DNA from: Candidatus Calditenuis fumarioli
GTDB lineage: Archaea; Thermoproteota; Nitrososphaeria_A; Caldarchaeales; Calditenuaceae
DNA length: 64,000 nt
Direction of reading: 5' to 3'
Assembly: GCA_030059665.1 (NCBI GenBank)
Contig: JANVYR010000001.1
Span: 320,001-384,000, forward strand
The notes below the pieces were generated by a model. That model searched no databases. It saw nothing but the letters and a program-made list of their open reading frames with translations, and was not told the DNA's origin. The position numbers and the translations under genes were made by a program. This document shows positions 35,408 to 45,446 of the stretch, piece by piece; positions within the stretch are counted from its first letter, which is position 1; each line of letters starts with the position of its first letter.

Positions 35408-38400
35408 CCAGCTTTAGTGTTACCACGTTGGACGCCCCGTTCCTGCTGTAGACCCCGATGAGGAGGTCGGCCTTCTCGGCGACGATGTCCTTCAGGCTCA
35501 CCACGAGGATCTGGACCCTCTTCGACATCTCCTTGAGGAGGTTGGCGAGGTTCGAGGAGTAGTTCGCGTCGAGGTGGGCGTCGACCTCGTCGAAGATCAG
35601 GAAGTCGGCCGGAGTCAGCGACTGGAGCGCGAGTATCAGGGCCACCGCGGAGACCGACTTCTCCCCACCGCTAACGCCCCTCGTTGACCTCGGTGCCTTT
35701 CCGGGGAACCTCACCACCATCTCGATCCCTGACTCGAGGGGGTTGCCTGGGTCGGTGAACTCGAGCCACGCGTCGCCGCCGGTTAGGGCCCTGAAGAACT
35801 CGCCGAAACCCTCGGAGACCCTCTTCACCGTCGACTCGAGGACCCTGAGCTTCTCCCGGTCGATCTCCTCGATCAGCTTGAGGATCTCGTTCCTCTCCAT
35901 CTCGAGCTCCGCGATCCTCTCAGACCTCTGCTTGTACCCGGCGACCACCTCAACGTACTGCATCGGCGCGAGCTGGTTGACCAGCTGGATCTCGCCCAGC
36001 TCTGACTCCAAGGATGCCCTGATTTTCGCGGTGAGCTCAGGCGGAAGTGACGACAGGAGGCTCCTCGGCCCCTGCCTCAGCTCCATCAACCTCTCCTCGA
36101 GCGCCCTCCTCCGAACGGTGAGCTCGACCTCCGTGACCCTGAGCGACTCGAGCCTCGCCTCGATCTCCCTCAGCTGCGAGGAGACCCTCTCGCGCTCCTC
36201 CCTGTGCTGCCTGATCTTGGCTGAGACCTCGGCCGCCTCGGACCTGATCGCGTTAAGCTTCCCCCTCACGGCCTCGAGCTCCGACATGAGCGTTCTCAGC
36301 TCCCTCACCCTCTCCGCGTACCGGAGAGCGACGGCTTTGACGGCCTCCAGCATCCCGGCCCTCGTCCTCTCCACCTCCGCGAGGTAAGCGGTGGAAGATC
36401 TGGCCTCGCGCTCCGCGTTGGAGATCTCCGCTGCGACCGCTTCCCGTTCCCTCCGCAACCTGGAGAGCTCGGTCCTAAGCTCCGTAGCCCTCACCAGCAG
36501 CTCCCTCTGCCTCTCCCTCAACCTCGAAAGTTCCTCCCTCTCCTCGAGTGGTTCGGGGGGTGCGACCACCAATTCGATCTGGCGCTGAAGCTCCTCGTGC
36601 GCCGCCAACAGCTTTCGCTCCTCCTCAGCCAACCTCCCGAGCTCGGCCTCGATCCTCTGCCGCTCCTCGTTCAGCCTGGTCATCCTGCCCGAGATCTCCC
36701 CCCGTTCGCGCTGGAGGGATGACAGCCTTGAGTCCACGGCGCGCAGCGTCCCCTCCCTCTCCGAGACCAGGGACCTGAGCCCCGAGATCTCCCGATCCAC
36801 GGCCTCAGCTCTGGAAGAGAGCTCGGCTGCCCTCCTCTCCAGCTCAGGCACGAGGGATCTGAGGGTTTCAAGCTCTCGCCTGACCTCCGACTCGGAGAGC
36901 ACCTCGCCGACCGACTCGAAAATTCCACCTCTCCGCCGCACGGCGCCAGCAGAAGTCACCGACGTCATGCGGTCAGGGAACGAGGGGCGGTCGATGAGGA
37001 CCGCGTTCTCCAGCGCTATGTGGAGGGCAGCGGAGGCCTCCTTCGACGAGGTGCTCGAGAGGCACGCGAGGCACTTCCCGCTTTCGGACCTACAACCCTT
37101 CCACCCTTCGACGCTGATGACTCTGACCCTGAGTCCCAGCGAGCTCGCGGCCACCGCGATCGATGCGGCGTCCACATCGCGTCTCACCACGACCGCCTCC
37201 GTCAGATCACCCAGAAGACGGAGGACCAGCGACTCGAGGCCCTTCGGTGGCTCGAAGAGGTCCCGGAGGAGGCCGAGGGAGCCGGACCCGAGAACCGCCA
37301 GAAGTGCCCTCTGGACCTGACCAGCTCCTGGAGGGTTGAGGGTGGTCTCGACGGCGTTCGCCTCCGACTCGACCCTCGCCCTCAACTCGCGCAGGGAAGC
37401 GAGGGTGGTCCTGACGGCATCGAGTTCACTCATGAGGGATCCGATTTTCGCTTTCGCATCGCTTACCTCTGCGGTCAGGGCCGCCCTCTGCCTGTCCAGC
37501 TCCGCGAGCTCCTCTGAGATCTCCCTGAGCCTCGCCTCCAGCCTCGAGATCTCATCGCCGTGGGCCGTGAACCTCGCCCGAAGAGTGGAGACCCTGCCCC
37601 TGAGGTCGGTGAGCCTGCGCTCGACGTCGCTTATCCTCCGCTGGATTGCCTCCCTCTCCGCTGCCACAGAAGCGGCCCTTCTCTCCCACTCCCTCACGAC
37701 CGACTCGAGCCCCTTGATCCTCGAGTTGACGGAGCTCAGCTGAGACTCGACGGCCTCCAGCTCTGACGAGAGTGAAGCCGTTGCGGACTCGATCGCGCTA
37801 AGCCTGCTCCTCAACGACCTGACCCGCTCGTCGGCCGACCTCAGGGAGGACTCGATCTCGATCGCCCTCCTCCTCGCGTCCGCGTACCTCCTTCCCCTGT
37901 CCCTGATCTCGGCCTGAAGCCTCCCCATCTCCCTCCTCGCCTCCTCCGCAGCCGCAGAGAGCGAGGCCTCCCTCGACTCCAGCTCGGTGGACCTCTGCCT
38001 GATGGCCTCCGCCGACGCCTCCAGCCTCTCCAGCTCCGCGCTCACCGTCGACAACCTCGATCGGAGCTCCTCTGCCCTCGGACCCAGCTCAGACTTCTCC
38101 GAAGCCAGCGCGGCCAGCTCGGCGTCTATCCTTCCGATCTCCGCGGCTATCTCCTCCCTCCTCAGGGCCTCGAGCTCCTCCTCGATGAACCTCCTCCTGC
38201 TCAGGTCGAACCACTCGGCCTCGAGCTGCTTGATCCTCTTCCTCACCTCGGACGCCGCTGCCTTGGCGACGGCCACGTTCCGCTCCGCCCTCTCCAGCTC
38301 CTTCAGGGCCTCCTCCCTCCGCCGGTCGTACTCTCCGGTGCCGGCTACGTCCTCGATCAGCTTCCTCAGGTCCTCCGGTCCCATCTCGGCTATCCCGAGC

Positions 38401-38840
38401 ACCGCGCCCTGGGTGACGATGTTGAAGCCGGAAGGCCTGACGTTAGCGGTCGCGAGGATGCTGAGGAGGTCCGCCCTGCTGACGGACCTGTTGCCGACGA
38501 GGTACTGGCTCTCGCCGTTGGGGAGGAGCTTCCTAGTGATCACGACCTCGTCGTCGTCGACCGGGATCACCCTCTCCGAGTTGTCCAGGACCACCGTGAC
38601 CCTTGCCATGGGTGCGGTACCGCCCTCGGAGGACTGGTGGATCAGCTCCGAGAACCTCGAGACCCTGAGCGCGTGAGGGCTGAGCTCGCCGAAGGCGAAC
38701 TTGATCGCGTCAAGGATGTTGCTCTTCCCGCTACCGTTAGGTCCCGCGATCACCACGAGGCCCCTCGGCAGGTCTATCGCCTGCCTCCTGGGAGGAAAGG
38801 ACTTGAAGCCCTGGACGACGATCCGCTTGATGTGGACCAA
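35373..38840 (-). CDS. smc: Chromosome segregation protein SMC
   Basis: GFKSF, GPNGSGKSN, long coiled coils with hinge, SGGEKS, IFDEVDAHLD. Confidence 0.96.
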   Translation of the reverse strand: MVHIKRIVVQGFKSFPPRRQAIDLPRGLVVIAGPNGSGKSNILDAIKFAFGELSPHALRVSRFSELIHQSSEGGTAPMARVTVVLDNSERVIPVDDDEVVITRKLLPNGESQYLVGNRSVSRADLLSILATANVRPSGFNIVTQGAVLGIAEMGPEDLRKLIEDVAGTGEYDRRREEALKELERAERNVAVAKAAASEVRKRIKQLEAEWFDLSRRRFIEEELEALRREEIAAEIGRIDAELAALASEKSELGPRAEELRSRLSTVSAELERLEASAEAIRQRSTELESREASLSAAAEEARREMGRLQAEIRDRGRRYADARRRAIEIESSLRSADERVRSLRSRLSAIESATASLSSELEAVESQLSSVNSRIKGLESVVREWERRAASVAAEREAIQRRISDVERRLTDLRGRVSTLRARFTAHGDEISRLEARLREISEELAELDRQRAALTAEVSDAKAKIGSLMSELDAVRTTLASLRELRARVESEANAVETTLNPPGAGQVQRALLAVLGSGSLGLLRDLFEPPKGLESLVLRLLGDLTEAVVVRRDVDAASIAVAASSLGLRVRVISVEGWKGCRSESGKCLACLSSTSSKEASAALHIALENAVLIDRPSFPDRMTSVTSAGAVRRRGGIFESVGEVLSESEVRRELETLRSLVPELERRAAELSSRAEAVDREISGLRSLVSEREGTLRAVDSRLSSLQRERGEISGRMTRLNEERQRIEAELGRLAEEERKLLAAHEELQRQIELVVAPPEPLEEREELSRLRERQRELLVRATELRTELSRLRREREAVAAEISNAEREARSSTAYLAEVERTRAGMLEAVKAVALRYAERVRELRTLMSELEAVRGKLNAIRSEAAEVSAKIRQHREERERVSSQLREIEARLESLRVTEVELTVRRRALEERLMELRQGPRSLLSSLPPELTAKIRASLESELGEIQLVNQLAPMQYVEVVAGYKQRSERIAELEMERNEILKLIEEIDREKLRVLESTVKRVSEGFGEFFRALTGGDAWLEFTDPGNPLESGIEMVVRFPGKAPRSTRGVSGGEKSVSAVALILALQSLTPADFLIFDEVDAHLDANYSSNLANLLKEMSKRVQILVVSLKDIVAEKADLLIGVYSRNGASNVVTLKLGELVGEQGSQS

Positions 38841-38921
38841 CGCCCCACGACCTCACCCTCAGGACAATATATCCGATCCTGAGGCGTATCACCCTGAAAA
38901 CGCTCTGGGAATACTGAAGGA

Positions 38922-39431
38922 TCACTGACCCTGCTCCGTTGGGGACCTCTGGGCGAGCCTCTCCCTGATCGACCTGATGAGGTCCTCCGAGACGTCGGGC
39001 CTCCTCTCGAGGAAGTCTATCAAAGCGGAGATGATCTCGAGCGTGGAGGAGCTGAGCCCGTGCTCGATGAACTCGGCCTCCTCCTCCGCCGTCTCCGGAG
39101 GAACCCCCAGCTTCTCTAGGAACTTGACCAGGACCTCGTGCCTCCTCAGCACGCCTGCAGCCAGCTCCCTCCCGGATTCGGTGAGGACGAAGCCCCTGTA
39201 CTGCTCGTACTCGATGTATCCCAGCTGCCTCAGCCTCCGGAGCATCTTCGTGACGGCAGGAGGCTTCACGTTCAGGTGACGGGCGACGTCTTTCGAGGTC
39301 GCGAACCCCCTCACCTTCTCCAGCGCGTAGATCACCTCGAGGTAGTCCTCCACCTCCGGCATGGCTCTCCTGGCACGCCTGCTCCTGACCCGCCTCACCT
39401 GCTGCAGCACCTGCTCCTCCCTGCTCGCCAT
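38922..39431 (-). CDS. DtxR/MntR metal-dependent repressor
   Basis: EDYLEVIY, VKPPAVTKML, RRHEVL, AEFIEH. Confidence 0.92.
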   Translation of the reverse strand: MASREEQVLQQVRRVRSRRARRAMPEVEDYLEVIYALEKVRGFATSKDVARHLNVKPPAVTKMLRRLRQLGYIEYEQYRGFVLTESGRELAAGVLRRHEVLVKFLEKLGVPPETAEEEAEFIEHGLSSSTLEIISALIDFLERRPDVSEDLIRSIRERLAQRSPTEQGQ

Positions 39432-39482
39432 CCCCTCGGTTCCGCACCGAACGGCAATATTTCTGTGGCTCTCTGGAGCGAT

Positions 39483-40268
39483 TCAGGTGAAGAAACCGAT
39501 CAGGAAGAGCGCGAGGGCCGGAGCGAAGTGCTTCATCCACTCGGACCGGCTGTAGCTGAGGACCTTCAGTCCGTCCAGGGGCCCGAACGGGAGGAGGTTG
39601 AAGAAGGCGAGGAGCGCGTTGATCCTGGCCACCGTCAGCGTCAGGTGGATGAGCCGAGGTTCCGCTCCGAGCGCTGTCAAGCCGAATCCCAGTGCGAACG
39701 TGACCGAGGAGATGAGGGTGTTGGTGAGCGGCCCCACAGCTGCGACCTTCGCGAAAGTCCTGCTGTTGGGTGCGCCGAAGATGTTCACGGCACCGGGTGC
39801 TATCACCTTGAAAGGCGAGAGGATCGAGATTGCGGTGATCAGCGCCCCGATCGGCGATACCCTGAAGACCGCGAGGTAACCGTGTCCGATGGCGACGAAC
39901 TTGTGCGCGAGCTCGTGGACCAAGAACGAGAACACGAACGCCACCACTGCAGCCGCTGCGAAGACGGGCCCCAGACGTCCGAGGTCGAAGAGCGTGGCTC
40001 CGACGCCCGCGACCAGCAGCGCTCCGACCGAGAGGTGAAGCGCCTCCGAGGAGCTGATCCTGAGGGACGTCGAGGAGAGCCTGGCCTTGACCAGAGGGGC
40101 CGATTGGGACCTCTCCTCCATGGCCTTGATCTCGACCGGCGAACGGGCCTGGTGGAGGAACTCGCAGTCGTGGGCCTCGGGGAGCCTGTGCTCGGCGCAG
40201 TGGTAGCGACCGCAGTAGGCGCACCTGAAGGGCAGAACCTCCTCCCTCCCGCACTTCTCGCACCTCAT
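39483..40268 (-). CDS. AN1-type Zn finger fused to M50 site-2 membrane peptidase
   Basis: CEKC...PFRCAYC...CAEHRLPEAHDC; HELAH; NLLPFGPLDG. Confidence 0.88.
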   Translation of the reverse strand: MRCEKCGREEVLPFRCAYCGRYHCAEHRLPEAHDCEFLHQARSPVEIKAMEERSQSAPLVKARLSSTSLRISSSEALHLSVGALLVAGVGATLFDLGRLGPVFAAAAVVAFVFSFLVHELAHKFVAIGHGYLAVFRVSPIGALITAISILSPFKVIAPGAVNIFGAPNSRTFAKVAAVGPLTNTLISSVTFALGFGLTALGAEPRLIHLTLTVARINALLAFFNLLPFGPLDGLKVLSYSRSEWMKHFAPALALFLIGFFT

Positions 40269-40454
40269 CGCCAGACGTCGCCCCTGTACCCAGCTTACGG
40301 AGCTACGCCCGCACCTCGGGTGATAACCCTTTTTCCGGGCCTGCAGGACTGCGAGTTCACCTGAGGGTCATGAGGCCGTCGATTCGTCGATGAGCTGCCC
40401 TCCGGAGACCGAACGGAAAAAGGCCGAACGATTGGACGGTCTACTCGATCGAAC

Positions 40455-41573
40455 TCAGGGGGAGTAGAGGATCTCGGGTCCCGGCTCCTTCGTCAGAACG
40501 CCCACCTCGACCGCCTTCGAGAACATGGTCGTCGTGACCGATTTGGCGTCGCTCCTCCAGATGGGTATGGTCAGGTACTGGACGTCCCTGGCGAGGATTC
40601 CGGAGAGCATCACGCCCCGCTCGACGTTCATGCCCTTGGCCAGTATCCTGTCCGCCTCCTCGGGGTTCCTCCGGATGAAGTCCTCGACCTCCTGGAACAT
40701 CGCTATCATCCTCTCGACGAAGCCGGGGTTCGCCTTCAGGAAGTCCTCCCTGACGGCGGTGACGAGGTAGACCGCGTAGGGCTGACCCGTGATCTCGCGC
40801 CAGAGGTCCTCGAAGCTGACGACCCTCCTGATGTTAGGGTTCTCCTTCCTGGCCAGAGAGATGTGCGGCTCCACGAGGACGGCCGCGTCGACCTCACCGG
40901 TGATGAGCCTGCTCCTGGCGACGGGGTAGGCAGATGGGACAATGGTGATCTCCTTCTCGACGTCGATGCCTACGGCCTTACCGTAGGTCTTCAGTACGAC
41001 GAACTCGGTAGCGCCCACGTCGATCGCCAGCTTCTTCCCCTTGAGGTCGGCGACCGACCTGATGTTCGGGTCCCTCGTGGCAATGATCACCGCGGACATG
41101 GGAACGAGCGTGTTGGTTATCTTCAGCTTCACGCCCTCGAGGTACATCCTCTGGAAGACCAGGGGCCCTCCACCTGGTATGACGTCCGCCTCGCCGCTCG
41201 AGATGGTGGCGTAGAACCCGGCGATCGTCGGCTGCGGCACCCATGTGATGTCGAGCCCGTGCTTCAGGTCGAAGCGCTTCTCCTGTATGATGAGCTGGAG
41301 GAACTGCATGTAGCTCGGGAACGCTATGCTAGCGAATCTCACCTTGATCGGTGCTGGCGGCGATGGCGTGACGGTTGCGGTCACTGTGACCGTCGTCTGC
41401 CTCTCGACCGTCGAGGTGACCGTCTCCCTCACGACCCGCGTAACCTCCTTGGCCGGGGCTACTGCAGGTCCAATGGCCAACGCTCCGATTACGAGCCCCA
41501 CCACCAATGCGACCACTATGAGCGCTCCCGCAACGGCACCCGAGATCCCGAGAGACCGCATAGCGTTTCTCAT
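40455..41573 (-). CDS. ABC transporter substrate-binding protein (NMT1/SsuA-like)
   Basis: N-terminal TM anchor, Thr-rich linker, I..VADLKGKKLA, GEVDAA..EP. Confidence 0.85.
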   Translation of the reverse strand: MRNAMRSLGISGAVAGALIVVALVVGLVIGALAIGPAVAPAKEVTRVVRETVTSTVERQTTVTVTATVTPSPPAPIKVRFASIAFPSYMQFLQLIIQEKRFDLKHGLDITWVPQPTIAGFYATISSGEADVIPGGGPLVFQRMYLEGVKLKITNTLVPMSAVIIATRDPNIRSVADLKGKKLAIDVGATEFVVLKTYGKAVGIDVEKEITIVPSAYPVARSRLITGEVDAAVLVEPHISLARKENPNIRRVVSFEDLWREITGQPYAVYLVTAVREDFLKANPGFVERMIAMFQEVEDFIRRNPEEADRILAKGMNVERGVMLSGILARDVQYLTIPIWRSDAKSVTTTMFSKAVEVGVLTKEPGPEILYSP

Positions 41574-41989
41574 GGACGCAAATCGAATCGCACCTCACTA
41601 TATTAATCACTTCTTGGACCGGGGATCTGTGACCAATTCTTAGCCCTAGCCACCGGTCCCTCACTCTGCCCGACACTGGACCATCGAAGCATCAATGACG
41701 TTTTCCCGTAAGCGGCGGGCCTTTGATTTACAACCGGTACCTTTGCCCCAATCAATGCCTACCCGACCTTAACGCCGCCCGCCATCTCATCCCAAGGTCG
41801 CTTAAAGGCAAGCGCGCCCACCGCCGTTGCCATTAGGACCTGACCAACTAGGGAGCCAGCAAGTCCTGCGGGCGCCGAATTCAGAGGACCCGACGGACGA
41901 AGCATACGTTCTTCGCGCGGAGGCAATCGGCGAAGGGACGGCTGTTGCGCGCTCAACCGAAGGGCCAGATTCCTGAACTGCGATTTTCG

Positions 41990-42135
41990 CTGCTTGATTA
42001 ATGTTTCCGGAATTCCTTAACTGCGATGAATCAGGTCCGTCTGCTCTTTATATACCCCTTTGCAAAAACGGGGGCAGGCGGAGGTGAGCTGAAAATATCC
42101 TAAAATTAAGGCGAGATTCCCGGAAATTGGGGTCG
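41990..42135 (+). promoter_or_regulatory. CRISPR leader
   Basis: AT-rich segment with TTTATATA at 42047-42054, directly before the first repeat and opposite the degenerate repeat. Confidence 0.7.
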
Positions 42136-43174
42136 GAATCTCGCGAAGAGAGTTGAAAGCTCCCCAATCTGATCACACGCCCTGGAATGTGTGGTTAACG
42201 AATCTCGCGAAGAGAGTTGAAAGTAACAGTTCCTTCTCTACGAAGTGCAACATAAAAACGGAATCTCGCGAAGAGAGTTGAAAGAATTCAGACTCAACCT
42301 CATAGACCTCGAACTTGATCTTCGAATCTCGCGAAGAGAGTTGAAAGCGAAGAAAAACTGCTCAGATGACTATCCGTTTGGAGCAGGAATCTCGCGAAGA
42401 GAGTTGAAAGACCGGTGCATGCAGGGAGCTTAGGGCCGGGGGAGTACAGGCCCCGCCCGAATCTCGCGAAGAGAGTTGAAAGGGCGGGGCGCCAGCCGAG
42501 GAGCGCGTCTCGCGGCCGTAGTGGAATCTCGCGAAGAGAGTTGAAAGGACTTCTCCGACTGATCTTCAGGTCTATCGTCAGCCTAGAATCTCGCGAAGAG
42601 AGTTGAAAGGAGCTCAAGATGGATGGCATCGAGTTTAGCCAGCATCTGGAATCTCGCGAAGAGAGTTGAAAGATAAGCCTTTTGTTCTTGTGGCATCAGG
42701 TTTAAATTGTCCGGAATCTCGCGAAGAGAGTTGAAAGCCGAATAGTCTCCTCAGGGTCAGAAAAGCCCAACTCATCGAATCTCGCGAAGAGAGTTGAAAG
42801 GAGGTTTTCAAAGCGCGGTCGGCCACGAGGGCACGGCCGAATCTCGCGAAGAGAGTTGAAAGAATTCAGACTCAACCTCATAGACCTCGAACTTGATCTT
42901 CGAATCTCGCGAAGAGAGTTGAAAGGGATAACGCCTCCCTCACCCGTGTCGAGTGCTCATGAATCTCGCGAAGAGAGTTGAAAGTGCAGTATGATCCCCA
43001 TGATCCACCAGTCCCTGGAGGCGGAATCTCGCGAAGAGAGTTGAAAGGGTTTGAGGCGCCCGAGGGAATCCTCCGCATACGCGTCCGAATCTCGCGAAGA
43101 GAGTTGAAAGTTCGTCTCGATGAAGGCTTGACATCTGGCGCAGAAGCGGCGAATCTCGCGAAGAGAATTGGAAG
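42136..43174 (+). CRISPR. CRISPR array, 17 repeats / 16 spacers, repeat GAATCTCGCGAAGAGAGTTGAAAG (24 nt)
   Basis: Repeats start at 42136, 42200, 42261, 42324, 42387, 42459, 42524, 42586, 42649, 42714, 42777, 42839, 42902, 42961, 43024, 43087 and 43151 (degenerate). Spacers are 35-48 nt; 3' GAAAG handle. Confidence 0.98.
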
Positions 43175-43244
43175 TCGGAAGGGGCGTCCCCCGGCCCCTT
43201 CAGCCTCAACTTCTATTAGCAGGCTATGCAGATGTGAACACCGG

Positions 43245-43329
43245 GCGGGGGTAGCCAAGCCTGGTCAAAGGCGCAGGGTTGAGGGCCCTGTCCCGTAGGG
43301 GTTCGTGGGTTCGAATCCCACCCCCCGCA
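43245..43329 (+). tRNA. tRNA-Leu(GAG)
   Basis: GCGGGGG/CCCCCGC acceptor, CAGGG-TTGAGGG-CCCTG anticodon arm, long variable arm, TTCGAAT T-loop. Confidence 0.95.
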
Positions 43330-43427
43330 CGCGATATGCGACTGGCTTCTGGTGGGCGCATACTCCCGAGCAAATGCAACCCAAATCGCACCGAGAACTC
43401 GGAGGCTGGTGGAAGCCCTCGCGTTAG

Positions 43428-43518
43428 CGGGCCCGCCGGGACTCGAACCCGGGACCTCCGGCTCTCAGCTCGCATCCATCCGCAGGCCGGCGCCCTATCC
43501 ATGCTAGGCCACGGGCCC
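43428..43518 (-). tRNA. tRNA-Arg(GCG) with 16-nt intron at 37/38 (43464-43479)
   Basis: GGGCCCG acceptor; CCGGC-CTGCGG[ATGGATGCGAGCTGAG]A-GCCGG; TTCGAGT T-loop. Confidence 0.92.
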
Positions 43519-43548
43519 CTGCAGATCAGACGCTTGCGTCCTAAAAAC

Positions 43549-43647
43549 TCAGAGCTGGCCGGTCAGGCGTAGTATCAGCATCACCAGCGCGAGGAGACCC
43601 AGGAGTGAGGCGATCAGGGCCGCGTAACCCGTGCTGCTCAAGCCCAT
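43549..43647 (-). CDS. 32-aa single-TM peptide coupled to the oxidase subunit IV gene
   Basis: MGLSSTGYAALIASLLGLLALVMLILRLTGQL; TGATG stop/start overlap; GAGGTG RBS. Confidence 0.5.
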   Translation of the reverse strand: MGLSSTGYAALIASLLGLLALVMLILRLTGQL

Positions 43648-43931
43648 CACCTCACCGGCACGAACTGGACCCCGATGAGGGAGAGGACGCTCAGCAGCAG
43701 GAAGGCCACGACCGCTCCGATTCCCAGGACAGCGAGGTATGAGAGCGACCTGGGCTCGTAGGCGAGGTGCATGAAGAAGAGCGCGATCAGCACTGCCTTC
43801 CCTCCGGCGAGCAGGACGATCGAGGCGTCGACCACGGCCCTCGGCAGCGGCTGGTAGAAGATCACCAGCTCAAGCGCCGTCAGGACGACCAGAGCCGCGA
43901 AGACCGCAACGTAGATCCAGACCCTCGCCAA
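43647..43931 (-). CDS. Cytochrome c oxidase subunit IV family protein
   Basis: VFAALVVLTALE, KAVLIALFFMHLAYE. Confidence 0.85.
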   Translation of the reverse strand: MARVWIYVAVFAALVVLTALELVIFYQPLPRAVVDASIVLLAGGKAVLIALFFMHLAYEPRSLSYLAVLGIGAVVAFLLLSVLSLIGVQFVPVR

Positions 43932-44040
43932 CCCTCCTCGTCCGGACAGGAGCGCGGTCCTATATGGTGGTTTTTCGGGTAGGCAGGACCTGTGCGAACA
44001 CGGTTATCTTGAGGTCGGGCTGGTCACGGCAGGGTCTCGG

Positions 44041-45435
44041 ATGAGGGAGGTGCAGGTCTGGAAGTTCGGCGGCACGTCCCTCGGCAGCGGCGAGAGGATC
44101 AGAAGGGTTGCGGGCCTCATCGCGGAGGGCCTCAGGAGCAGGGACCTCGTGGTGGTGTGCTCGGCCATGGGCGACACCACGGACCAACTCATGGCGGCGG
44201 CCGACGCCGCAGCGAAGGGCGACTCTCAGACAGCGACCGCCGTGGTCAGGGCGATACAGGAGGAGCACCTGAAGGCATGCGGTGAGGCGGTGGAGGACGC
44301 ACAGGTGAGGAGGGAGGTGGAGAGGTTCGTGATCTCGAGGACCGAGGAGCTCGAGAAGGTGGTGACGAGCGCATCCCTCCTGAAGGAGGTGACCGAGAGG
44401 ACGAGGGACCTGATCGCCTCCTTCGGCGAGAGGCTCTCCACTAGGATCGTTTGGGGCGCCCTCCGGTCGATGGGCGTGGACGCGGTCTACCTCGAGGGCT
44501 TCGAGGCCGGCATCGTCACCGACGACTCCTTCGGCAGCGCGAACCCCCTGATGCCCCTCACTGCGCAGCTGATCCGGGAAAGGGTCGGAGGGCTCCTCGC
44601 GCAGGGTAAGGTCCCCGTGGTCACGGGGTACATCGCAGCCACCAGGGACGGCATCATCACCACGCTGGGAAGGGGAGGGTCGGATTACACCGCCACGCTG
44701 ATCGCCTACTCGCTGGACGCCAAGGAGGTATGGCTCTGGACCGACGTCGACGGGATGATGTCGGCCGATCCCAGGGTCGTCAGCACGGCCCGCGTCCTCC
44801 GGAGGATATCCTACGACGAGGCGGTCGAGATGGCCTACTTCGGCGCGAAGGGCCTCCAGATCAGGACGCTCCTGCCGGCGAAGGAGAAGGGGATACTGAT
44901 CAGGATCAGGAACACCTTCAACCCCGAATCCGAGGGGACAATCATCGGCGACTCCACCGACCGGGAGATGGGCGTGACGAAAGCGGTGCTCTTCACGAGG
45001 AACGTCTCGATGCTCACCGTCAAGGGCGACGTCCTGAGGGGCGGTGTGCTATCCGCGAGGGTCCTGGCGGTTCTGGAGAGGCTTGGGGTCGTGCCTCTTA
45101 TGATCTCGCAGAGCGTCTCGAGCTCCTCCATCTCGATCGTCCTACCGAGACAGGTGACCGACTTGGTGGTGAGGGGGCTTGAGCGCGACGTGATAACCGA
45201 GCTGGGGGGCGGTGAGCTGGAGGTGGAGCGGGACGTCGCAGCGGTTGCCGTGATCGGTGAGGGGATGAAGGGAACTCCCGGGGTGGCGAGCAGGGTCTTC
45301 ACTGCCGTAGCGAGCAAGGGCATCAACGTCAGGATGATCGCTCAGGGTTCCTCGGAGCTGAACATCTCGTTCGTGGTGAAGGAGCGCGACGTGGAGGAGG
45401 CAGTCAGGGCCGTCCACGCGGCCTTCATCGCTTAG
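44041..45435 (+). CDS. lysC: Aspartate kinase
   Basis: KFGGTS, SAMGDTTD, LGRGGSDYTA, WTDVDG, two ACT domains. Confidence 0.96.
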   Translation: MREVQVWKFGGTSLGSGERIRRVAGLIAEGLRSRDLVVVCSAMGDTTDQLMAAADAAAKGDSQTATAVVRAIQEEHLKACGEAVEDAQVRREVERFVISRTEELEKVVTSASLLKEVTERTRDLIASFGERLSTRIVWGALRSMGVDAVYLEGFEAGIVTDDSFGSANPLMPLTAQLIRERVGGLLAQGKVPVVTGYIAATRDGIITTLGRGGSDYTATLIAYSLDAKEVWLWTDVDGMMSADPRVVSTARVLRRISYDEAVEMAYFGAKGLQIRTLLPAKEKGILIRIRNTFNPESEGTIIGDSTDREMGVTKAVLFTRNVSMLTVKGDVLRGGVLSARVLAVLERLGVVPLMISQSVSSSSISIVLPRQVTDLVVRGLERDVITELGGGELEVERDVAAVAVIGEGMKGTPGVASRVFTAVASKGINVRMIAQGSSELNISFVVKERDVEEAVRAVHAAFIA

Positions 45436-45446
45436 CGTCACCTCCG

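Noticed and set aside
41640-41990. Short ORF 41759..41956 and surrounding lower-GC DNA before the CRISPR leader
   Set aside because: No recognisable cas or other motif; cannot be supported as a gene or remnant.
42160-43150. Self-targeting of the island or other window sequence by CRISPR spacers
   Set aside because: No match noticed in spot checks by eye; not exhaustive, needs BLASTN.
42245-43298. ORFs spanning the CRISPR array and tRNAs
   Set aside because: Artefacts of repeat translation (recurring ISRRELK / LSTLFARF).
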